33,870 bases of DNA. Origin: Actinomycetota bacterium (GTDB taxonomy: Bacteria; Zhuqueibacterota; Zhuqueibacteria; Residuimicrobiales; Krinioviventaceae). Numbering within the stretch: position 1 is the first letter of the stretch; each line of letters opens with the position of its first letter. Positions 1-7,119 of the stretch are shown piece after piece. The notes under the pieces were generated by a model. That model saw only the letters and a program-made list of their open reading frames with translations. It was not told the DNA's origin and did no database searches. A program made the translations under genes and the position numbers. Location: positions 1 to 33,870 of the forward strand of contig JAACEJ010000001.1 in assembly GCA_011682565.1 (NCBI GenBank), read 5' to 3'.

Positions 1-1
1 A

Positions 2-1411
2 AATACATTTTTTAAGTATATCCAGAACATCAAAAAGTACAAACCGCAAGAAGCGCAAAACGTTGACAAATTAAAGCGCTTTAAGAAAAATCCTCATTTC
101 AGGTCTTATATGGGCATCGTTCTAGGAGATAAAAATAAGAGCTTGGGAGTATTAGAGCTTGTTTCAGAAAACAAAAATGCTTTTGATGATCTCTTAATCG
201 ATCAAGCCTTTTTTGAAACATGGGTTTCCCAGATAACTATGGCTATGAAATACACATCGGAGGATAAAAAGAGTGGGGCAGTAAAAACTAAAAGGTTGCA
301 TTTGCCTTATATTCAAAAAAACAATGTCATTCCTCTTCTGCCCGTTGAGAAAATTGAGAGAGAATTTGGCCTTGTCGGAAGTGGAGAATCCATTTTCCAA
401 TTGCGCGACTACATTCGCAAAACGTCAAACATGTCCAGCGGCCCTATCCTTCTTTCCGGCGAAAGCGGCAGCGGCAAGGAGCTTGTTGCACGAGCAATTC
501 ACAAGGTGGGCGAAAGGGCGAACAATAGTTTCATTGCCTGCGATTGCGGAACTTTTGGAGAACTGGTCGATGACAGAATGTTTGGACATCTCAAAGGAGC
601 ATATACAGGGGCTACAGAAGCCAGCAATGGTCTTTTTGAAGAAGCTGATAATGGTATCCTTTTTTTGGATGAAATATCAAATTTATCCCTTTCTGTGCAG
701 CCTAATTTCCTCCGTGTTTTGGAAGATTATAGTTTTGCAAAAATTGGTTCGAGCAAAACTACTTGTGTAAATGTTTTTGTCATTGCGGCCACAAATCAAA
801 ACCTCAAGGCTATGGTTGACCGGGGAGATTTCCGCGCTGATCTCTATTATAGATTAGAAGCTATTTCTATAAATACAGTGCCGTTGCGACGACTTGTTCT
901 GGAAGATAAAAATAATCTTTTACAACTGGTCAGTTATTTTGTTCACATTGATCAAAACAATATTAATGGGATTCAAGGTATCTCCACGTCTTCTTATAAG
1001 GCGCTTCTCTCTTATAATTTTGAGGGAAATGTCCGCGAACTACGAAATATGATCAAAAAAGCAATCTTTTATTTGGATAAAGACGGAGTTTTGAACTTTT
1101 TAATCAATTCAGATAAACAAGATTCTGACGATTCTAATAAGATTATTGCTCTATTGCGAAGGTTATCGAAAAAATATTTGAGAAAGGATATTCCCGCTTT
1201 TGTTGAAAGAGCAGCACTAAATGTAATTCTCTCTTTACTAAATGAACCCCTGACTCCAGAAGAAGGAATATCTCGGTTCATAGAAAAAATTGGCCCGATC
1301 GACATTCCCATCGCAATGCTTTTTACACAAAGAGGAGAGACGTGGACGCGCAAAATTCTTAAAGAAGATTTTCACCTCACGCTTGATAAAGATGTGAATC
1401 TCTATTCCTAA
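2..1411 (+). CDS. sigma-54-dependent transcriptional activator (AAA+ enhancer-binding protein), probably 5'-partial at the window edge
   Basis: Walker A GESGSGKE, Walker B ILFLDEI, sigma-54 contact loop variant GAYTGA (nt 596-613), FRADLYYRL and sensor-II GNVRELRN. The frame stays open from nt 2 to the ATG at 110, and the first ~50 aa look like the end of a GAF-type sensor domain. The C-terminus (ETWTRKILKEDF) resembles a degenerate Fis-type HTH. Confidence 0.85.
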   Translation, partial: NTFFKYIQNIKKYKPQEAQNVDKLKRFKKNPHFRSYMGIVLGDKNKSLGVLELVSENKNAFDDLLIDQAFFETWVSQITMAMKYTSEDKKSGAVKTKRLHLPYIQKNNVIPLLPVEKIEREFGLVGSGESIFQLRDYIRKTSNMSSGPILLSGESGSGKELVARAIHKVGERANNSFIACDCGTFGELVDDRMFGHLKGAYTGATEASNGLFEEADNGILFLDEISNLSLSVQPNFLRVLEDYSFAKIGSSKTTCVNVFVIAATNQNLKAMVDRGDFRADLYYRLEAISINTVPLRRLVLEDKNNLLQLVSYFVHIDQNNINGIQGISTSSYKALLSYNFEGNVRELRNMIKKAIFYLDKDGVLNFLINSDKQDSDDSNKIIALLRRLSKKYLRKDIPAFVERAALNVILSLLNEPLTPEEGISRFIEKIGPIDIPIAMLFTQRGETWTRKILKEDFHLTLDKDVNLYS

Positions 1412-1445
1412 AGTGCGCACAGTCAAACAGCAACTGCGCGCACTT
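1411..1445 (+). promoter_or_regulatory. inverted repeat AAGTGCGCACAGT-N9-ACTGCGCGCACTT (13-nt arms, 1 mismatch); either a terminator-like hairpin or an upstream activating site
   Basis: Read directly. It starts in the last base of the EBP stop codon. Its centre (~1428) lies ~105-115 nt upstream of the -24/-12 element at 1531-1546. No strong T-run follows it. Confidence 0.35.
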
Positions 1446-1481
1446 GCTGTTTCCGGAAAAATCCCACATTTCAGTCTTTTC

Positions 1482-1500
1482 CTAATTCCTTAAGAATTAG
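1482..1500 (+). promoter_or_regulatory. AT-rich palindrome CTAATTC-N5-GAATTAG
   Basis: Perfect 7-nt arms read directly, centred ~40 nt upstream of the -24 element. Possibly a protein-binding or bending site. No functional evidence. Confidence 0.2.
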
Positions 1501-1530
1501 TATGTAAAACGTCGCGAAATAAGATATCTA

Positions 1531-1546
1531 TGGCACAATAGTAGCT
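1531..1546 (+). promoter_or_regulatory. sigma-54 (-24/-12) promoter candidate TGGCAC-aatag-TAGCT
   Basis: GG (1532-1533) and GC (1544-1545) sit at the canonical 10-nt spacing with a full TGGCAC -24 box. It lies between the EBP gene and the next ORF, and the predicted TSS is ~1557. Confidence 0.55.
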
Positions 1547-1623
1547 TTATTAAAAGTGAAGGGTGGTTGGACCGTCTAATTCTTACGAGTTGGGGTTCCT
1601 ACATTAAAAAAGGAGGGGTGGCT

Positions 1624-1941
1624 ATGGCGACGAGAGTGTTTTTGTATGGAGGATTGCTCATCTTGGGCATCAGATATGCCAAGATTCTGTTGCAATCTGT
1701 CACAATTTTTCTGTCGATTTGCCTGGCAAAAGATTTGATTTATCAGTACCTTGGAAAGCCAGCCAATACGTTAGGCGCAATTGGGCATTTTGTTTCGCCT
1801 GTTATTCACCCGGTGTTTAGTTTCTTCACTCCGTATGGAATTGCTTTTTTATTGATCGGAATTTTCTTTAAACTATTTTATTGGGGCGTCAAATTTGCCA
1901 GTGAACATCAGATTTTTATCATTTCTCGAAATCGAAGGTGA
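1624..1941 (+). CDS. small hypothetical membrane protein (105 aa, ~3 predicted TM segments)
   Basis: ORF track 1567..1941. I prefer the in-frame ATG at 1624 because the SD AAGGAGGGG (1610-1618) precedes it. Hydrophobic stretches include LYGGLLILGI, VTIFLSICLA and GIAFLLIGIFF. I recognise no family. Confidence 0.5.
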   Translation: MATRVFLYGGLLILGIRYAKILLQSVTIFLSICLAKDLIYQYLGKPANTLGAIGHFVSPVIHPVFSFFTPYGIAFLLIGIFFKLFYWGVKFASEHQIFIISRNRR

Positions 1942-1987
1942 CAAGTTTTCGTGAATAATAATGCTTCAGGCGCCAGACAACATAAAT

Positions 1988-2023
1988 AAAAGCCGCTTTT
2001 AATGCCTTAGAGCGGCTTTTTTT
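1988..2023 (+). terminator. rho-independent terminator (stem AAAAGCCGCT/AGCGGCTTTT followed by a T-run)
   Basis: 10-bp stem (1988-1997 / 2011-2020), 13-nt loop, T7 tail. The complement is also T-rich, so it may act in both directions. Confidence 0.7.
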
Positions 2024-2248
2024 ATTTCGCATAACTTTTTTTAACCCACCTTTACCGCCATGCCGCGCAAGTCTTTTCTTCACTTTATCATACCGAGTTG
2101 AGATAAAGGAGTATCCAATCCCAGCCTCTTCTGAAAAATAGTCGATTTTAGTGGTTGCTACAGCTTGTTTAGTGCGGTAGCCCATCCACATCAAAATCGG
2201 AACGATAATGAATATTTGTAAACCAGTTCACAGATTTCTGCCGAAAAA

Positions 2249-2277
2249 TTGACTATATTTAAGCCGATTAAATAACT
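2249..2277 (+). promoter_or_regulatory. sigma-70-like promoter candidate TTGACT-N17-ATAACT
   Basis: The hexamers were read directly, ~35 nt upstream of the DUF302 start. The -10 is weak. Confidence 0.25.
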
Positions 2278-2312
2278 AGTCTGAACAGAATAATGAATCA
2301 AGGAGATCCAAA

Positions 2313-2795
2313 ATGCAAAATACAACGCAAAAGCAAAGAACTTTATTGTTCATCCTGACCATTTTAATGGTTGGGTTCATGTTGCCGCTGCAACAAGCAC
2401 AGTCCCAGAACACCGGGCTGGTTAACGTCATCGTCAACAGTACCTTTAATAGTACGGTGGAAAAATTCAAAAAGATGGTGGCCAAAAACGGAATGATGAT
2501 TCTCGGCGAAGTGAACCAGGGAAAAATCATGTCCATGACCGGATTAAAGCTCAATGCGACAAGTCTGTTTGTCGGCAATCCGACGATCGGGAAAAAGTTG
2601 TTCTCTGCAAATCCGGGTATCGGCGTCGCTGTCCCTATCCGCGTCTCTGTTTTTGAAGACAAAGCAGGCAAGGTTCATGTGAGTTATGTCAAGCCTTCCA
2701 AACAGTTTGCACCATTTCAGGACAAACAAATCACAATGGTAGGACAAAAAATGGAAGAGACCCTTGCTAAACTGACCGGTATGTTGGCCAAATAA
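2313..2795 (+). CDS. secreted DUF302 domain protein
   Basis: N-terminal signal peptide (LLFILTILMVGFMLPLQQAQS). DUF302-like core motifs: FVGNPTIGKKLF, GIGVAVPIRVSVFED, KVHVSYVKP. SD AAGGAG lies 7 nt upstream of the ATG. Confidence 0.8.
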   Translation: MQNTTQKQRTLLFILTILMVGFMLPLQQAQSQNTGLVNVIVNSTFNSTVEKFKKMVAKNGMMILGEVNQGKIMSMTGLKLNATSLFVGNPTIGKKLFSANPGIGVAVPIRVSVFEDKAGKVHVSYVKPSKQFAPFQDKQITMVGQKMEETLAKLTGMLAK

Positions 2796-2830
2796 CAAAA
2801 TCAATATGCCATCAAAAGAACACACAGTTT

Positions 2831-2865
2831 AACGATTCCATCGCGAAAGAGCCGGTGGAATCGTT
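2831..2865 (+). terminator. perfect 10-bp stem-loop AACGATTCCA-N15-TGGAATCGTT; weak terminator or attenuator
   Basis: Read directly between the DUF302 gene and the next gene. It is followed by TTTACTGTATTT, which is only moderately T-rich. Confidence 0.35.
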
Positions 2866-2904
2866 TTACTGTATTTACCGAAAAAAATATATGGAGACAG
2901 AACG

Positions 2905-3570
2905 ATGAAATCAAGTCGTTTGCAGTTGATACTTGTACTCTTTGCACTGGCCGCTGCTGCGACAAGTCCGAACTTATTCGTTGCAGCACAGGCTGGTTAC
3001 GACAAACTTTCACACCTGGCAGTTGTTTTTTTAATTCCATCGATCATCTTGTTGGCGATTGTAATTATTATCGCAATCGTGAGAGGTTGTAAAAATTTAA
3101 ACAGGCAAATTGCTATCGGTCTTTTGGGTGGAATTTTGGCGACTCTTGGCCTGGAAGTTGTTCGCGAAATCGGTTTTCGACTCGGCGGTATGCCGGGAGA
3201 AATGCCGCAGCTTATGGGCGTGCTCATGCTCGATCGTTTTGCCATGGGGCCAAATTGGCTGTCCAATTTGGTCGGCTGGGCCTATCATTTTTGGAATGGC
3301 GCTTCGTTCGGCCTGATTTACAGTTTGTTATTGGGGCGTCCCCCGGTGTGGAGCGGTGTTGTTTTCGGTATTTTAATTGGGGTTGGTCTGATGCTTAGTC
3401 CGGTTGTGGTTGCCATGGGTGTGGGCATTTTCGGCTCTCAATTTGGCATCGGTTTTCCAGTAACGGTTATCCTGGCGCACATTGCTTTTGGCCTGATACT
3501 GGGAAATTTTGTTGCCGGGAAAAATCGGAACGCAGAAAGTTTGTGGACGAGACTAAAATCTGTACTATAG
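2905..3570 (+). CDS. hypothetical polytopic membrane protein
   Basis: Signal/anchor LQLILVLFALAAAA plus 5-6 hydrophobic segments. Gly-rich TM helices (GVVFGILIGVGLML, GVGIFGSQFGIGF). SD GGAGA upstream. Family not recognised. Confidence 0.65.
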   Translation: MKSSRLQLILVLFALAAAATSPNLFVAAQAGYDKLSHLAVVFLIPSIILLAIVIIIAIVRGCKNLNRQIAIGLLGGILATLGLEVVREIGFRLGGMPGEMPQLMGVLMLDRFAMGPNWLSNLVGWAYHFWNGASFGLIYSLLLGRPPVWSGVVFGILIGVGLMLSPVVVAMGVGIFGSQFGIGFPVTVILAHIAFGLILGNFVAGKNRNAESLWTRLKSVL

Positions 3571-3609
3571 ACACCCGGAGCTTCTGGCGAGGCATCTGGG
3601 GGCTAAGCA

Positions 3610-6600
3610 TTATTTTCCTTTTTGCAGAAAAAGCATCGATGCCGGAATATGCTGTTTCTCAATTCCGGGGCCTTTGTAGTAAACGTCAAACGCCTGACTG
3701 CCGCCGCTTTGAAAATAGGAAATTGTGATCGGATGTTTCCCGGGCTGCAGAAACAGGGCGCCCTTATTTTCCACAACTCCATGCTCACCGTCGTTATCGA
3801 CAACCAATTGATTGTCGATATATAATCGGCTGCCGTCGTTTGAACTCGTGGAAAAGGTGTATTTGCCCGGCTGTGTTATTTCAATGAATCCCGAAAACCC
3901 GACGGCAAAATTATATTTAGGAACATCCAGACCGGACAAGGCAATTTGATATGCTCGGCCGCCAGCAACAGGTTTCAAGGAAGAGAAATCCGGCAGGTGC
4001 GTAAAGGCGCCTTTGTAAATTTCATACGTGAGGCCATTTTGCTGTGCATCGACAAAAGCATAATGACTCACTGTCGTATAACTTGGGCGGTATCCCTGTT
4101 TATAAGATTTTGCTTTGACGACCGTGCTGTTTTTGAGAAGGAACGGTTTTTGAAATTGCGGCGAGTCCTGTGTTGGTTCGCTGCCGTCCAGTGTGTAACG
4201 GATGACCGCCCCTTTTGTCAGGCAGGACATGTTGACCGTAACCGTATCGCCATGCATCACAAAAGATTTCAACGGCAACATCTCAGGTTTTGCGGCATAC
4301 GGCATGACGACAAGATCACCCACATCTTTTGATACAAAGCGGTAAGAGCCGGATCCCACAGAAAATACGGCATAGTTCCCATCCTGCCGCAAAAATTGCA
4401 CGCCGGGACTGGATGCTGCAGGGCGTCTGTTTTCTGTAACCTGTTCCGCGTTCTTTGTCAAAACGTAAACATCAGCCGTTGCATTCACGGGAATTGTGAC
4501 ATTTAATGTGTATATGCCGTTTACATACGTCCACGACGATTTGATTTCGCCCCTCACTGTTTTCAGAGAAGCAATAACCGGAGAAATATCCGCGCTGACG
4601 AGCGGCTTGATGATTATATTTTTATATCCGGGCTGTGTTTCATCAACCTGGATTCCGGCAAGGGTGCGATAAAACCAGGCATCGACGCTGCCGAACATGA
4701 CGTGATTATTCGATCCGCCCTGATCCCAATGTTCGGAAAGAGTCGTTCGATTTTTCAGCATATCAAACCAGCCGGGATAATCCGTTTGTGTGGCAAGCAG
4801 TAAAGCAACATCATTTCGATGATATTTCGACAGCGCCTGCATCATGTATTTTGTACCGAGAATGCCCGTGGTTAAATGGCCATTGTTTTCCTTTTCGATA
4901 TTATCCACCAGGTTTTGCAGCACTGCTGCCCTGTGCTCTCCGGGAACAAGGCCGAGAAAAAGCGGGAAAGCATTCGACATCTGGCTGCCGTTTTCATATC
5001 GGTTGGTTTCCGCGTGAAAAAAACGCCGGTTGTAAGCATTTTTTATTTCAGCGGCGAGTGCTGCATAGTGTTGCGCCTCATCCGTTTTGCCGAGAATTGC
5101 TGCCATTTTGGAAAGAAGCGTGGCGTCGTAAAAATAAAATCCTGTTGCAGCAGATTCCGGCTTGCCGCCCTGCCAGCCGGGGGCAACGCTGACCCAGTCG
5201 CCATATCGATCATGCGGTAAAACATTGTTCTTCGCTGTCGACTGAAGAAACGTAAAGTAGCGTTTCATGTTATCGTAGTGCGCCGCTAGAATTTCAATGT
5301 CGCCGTAATGCAAATAAAAATACCAGGGAACCAGGATGTACGCGCTGCTCCAGGCAATCGTTCCGGGATCCATATAAGGCCGGGGCGAAATAATAGAAAT
5401 ATCGCCGGTCTTGTCATCCTGGTTTAAGCGAATGCCGCTGAGCCAGTTTCTGTAAAAAAGCGGCATATAAAAATTGTCCATCGCTTCTTCGGCCGTCACG
5501 TGAGCGTCGCCCATCCAGCCGAGGCGCTCATCACGCTGCGGACAATCCGAGGGATAGCCGAGCATATTGCTGCGCTGGGACCAGAGGGTCGCTTTGTGGA
5601 TTTTATTGATAATCGCATTCCCCGTCTCAAAATGACCGACGGTCTCGCAGGATGAATGGACAACGCATCCCTGCAGATCGGTAATTTTCGGAAGCGCGGG
5701 AACTCCACTCACCTGCACATAGCGAAAACCGTGAAAAGTAAAATGCGGCTCATAGGTCTCGACGCCGTCCCCCTTTAAAATGTAGACATCCGTGGCTTTG
5801 GCCCTGTTGTTGGTCATCGGATCGATCAGCCCATCTTTACCAATGTTTTCCGCATACTGCAAAACCACTTTGGTGCCTTTATCGCCGCGCAAAGAAATAA
5901 GCGCCCATCCGGCAAAGTTTTGCCCCATATCGTAAACGACAACGCCGGCTTTGGGCTTTGTCATTGCCACCGGTTTGATCATTGCGTTGACTTTGACCGG
6001 CTCCATCATCTGCGAAATCATTTTTCCGGCGGGCGCGTTAATGATGCTTGCATTCCGCCAACCGGAATCATCGTAACCGGGTCGATCCCAACCGGACTTT
6101 TCGAGATTGGCGTCATAGACTTCACCGTCATAAATGCAGCTTTTGACAACAGCGCCGGCTGTGGCTTTCCAGGTTCCATCGGTGGTAAAAATTTGCGATG
6201 TGCCGTCCTCAAAAGTGAGATGCAATTGCAGAATAGCCCGCTTGGCGCCGAACCATTGCATGTGCCAGTCCCACCACTTTTTCGTTGGATTGAACCAGCC
6301 GTTACCGATCATAATGCCAACGGCGTTGGCGCCTTTTTGCAGCAATTCTGTAACGTCGTAGGTATCATAAAGAACTTGTTCGGCGTAATTCGTTTTCGCC
6401 GGGGTTAAAACTTTATCGCCAACCTTTTCGCCATTGAGATGTAATTCGTAAAATCCCAAACCTGAAACATAGACCCGGGCGCTTTTCAGTCGTTTGTTAA
6501 TTGCCAGTTCTTTTCGCAACAAAGTCGAACGGCTGTCCACACGCACGGAATCCTTTCCCGCCGGTTGTTGGGAAGGACTGGAATAATAGCCTTTAGGTGA

Positions 6601-7065
6601 TTTCGGAGTTGCAACAGGACCAAGTCCGATCCATTGCGCTTTCCAGTCACCTGGTTGCAGCAGCGCCGTGCTGAACGTGGCCGGTTTGCTGTATTTTGAA
6701 AGTGTGCCGTCTTTATCCCAGACACGAACTTTCCAGTAATAAGTTTGGTTGCTTTTCAATGGCGCGCCGCCATAGCGAATGTGAATAGTCTGATCGGAGG
6801 TAACCTTGCCGGAATCCCACAGATCGCCATCATTCTTTTTCAATTTTTCTTTGCCGGCGGAGATCAACACCTGATACGCCGTCTGTTTCTGTCCGCGCAA
6901 AGAAGATTCGGGAACCCAACTAAAGCGGGGCTGCTGCACATCCACAGCGATCGGGTTGAGTGCATACTCGCAACGCAACTCGTTGACAACGATCGCATCT
7001 TTTGTCGAGCAGGAAATTAAAAATAGAAAAAGCGAGAGTAAATAAAATATTGCGCGGGGTTTCAT
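3610..7065 (-). CDS. GH78 alpha-L-rhamnosidase lipoprotein with C-terminal chitobiase-like and PA14 modules
   Basis: N-terminal rhamnosidase signature (CEYALNPIAVDVQQPRFSW, QTAYQVLIS, YYWKVRVWD). Six-hairpin catalytic hallmark YPSDCPQRDERLGWMGDA. C-terminal PA14-like region (YEIYKG...GKYTFSTSSNDGSRLYIDN). Lipobox LISC. I prefer the ATG at 7065 because the SD GAGGA lies inside the TTG-start extension to 7077. Confidence 0.9.
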   Translation of the reverse strand: MKPRAIFYLLSLFLFLISCSTKDAIVVNELRCEYALNPIAVDVQQPRFSWVPESSLRGQKQTAYQVLISAGKEKLKKNDGDLWDSGKVTSDQTIHIRYGGAPLKSNQTYYWKVRVWDKDGTLSKYSKPATFSTALLQPGDWKAQWIGLGPVATPKSPKGYYSSPSQQPAGKDSVRVDSRSTLLRKELAINKRLKSARVYVSGLGFYELHLNGEKVGDKVLTPAKTNYAEQVLYDTYDVTELLQKGANAVGIMIGNGWFNPTKKWWDWHMQWFGAKRAILQLHLTFEDGTSQIFTTDGTWKATAGAVVKSCIYDGEVYDANLEKSGWDRPGYDDSGWRNASIINAPAGKMISQMMEPVKVNAMIKPVAMTKPKAGVVVYDMGQNFAGWALISLRGDKGTKVVLQYAENIGKDGLIDPMTNNRAKATDVYILKGDGVETYEPHFTFHGFRYVQVSGVPALPKITDLQGCVVHSSCETVGHFETGNAIINKIHKATLWSQRSNMLGYPSDCPQRDERLGWMGDAHVTAEEAMDNFYMPLFYRNWLSGIRLNQDDKTGDISIISPRPYMDPGTIAWSSAYILVPWYFYLHYGDIEILAAHYDNMKRYFTFLQSTAKNNVLPHDRYGDWVSVAPGWQGGKPESAATGFYFYDATLLSKMAAILGKTDEAQHYAALAAEIKNAYNRRFFHAETNRYENGSQMSNAFPLFLGLVPGEHRAAVLQNLVDNIEKENNGHLTTGILGTKYMMQALSKYHRNDVALLLATQTDYPGWFDMLKNRTTLSEHWDQGGSNNHVMFGSVDAWFYRTLAGIQVDETQPGYKNIIIKPLVSADISPVIASLKTVRGEIKSSWTYVNGIYTLNVTIPVNATADVYVLTKNAEQVTENRRPAASSPGVQFLRQDGNYAVFSVGSGSYRFVSKDVGDLVVMPYAAKPEMLPLKSFVMHGDTVTVNMSCLTKGAVIRYTLDGSEPTQDSPQFQKPFLLKNSTVVKAKSYKQGYRPSYTTVSHYAFVDAQQNGLTYEIYKGAFTHLPDFSSLKPVAGGRAYQIALSGLDVPKYNFAVGFSGFIEITQPGKYTFSTSSNDGSRLYIDNQLVVDNDGEHGVVENKGALFLQPGKHPITISYFQSGGSQAFDVYYKGPGIEKQHIPASMLFLQKGK

Positions 7066-7083
7066 AATTGTCCTCAAAGTTAG

Positions 7084-7116
7084 ATTTGCGACGCACCAGG
7101 GAGATGCGTCGCAAAT
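7084..7116 (-). other. perfect 12-bp intercistronic stem-loop ATTTGCGACGCA-N9-TGCGTCGCAAAT
   Basis: Read directly between the stop of the HEAT/DUF1080 gene (7120) and the rhamnosidase start (7065). There is no strong T-run, so it could be an mRNA-stability or partial-termination element. Confidence 0.4.
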
Positions 7117-7119
7117 TTC

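Noticed and set aside
324-770. 148-aa alternate-frame plus-strand ORF inside the EBP gene
   Set aside because: The overlapping frame carries unmistakable AAA+/sigma-54 motifs, while this frame has none.
1919-2194. 91-aa minus-strand ORF (MMWMGYRTKQ...) in the gap between the small membrane gene and the DUF302 gene
   Set aside because: It reads straight through the rho-independent terminator hairpin at 1988-2023 and overlaps the 3' end of the convergent plus-strand gene. It has no SD or recognisable motif, and its C-terminal half is a Lys/Arg-rich translation of the terminator. It could at most be a gene remnant.
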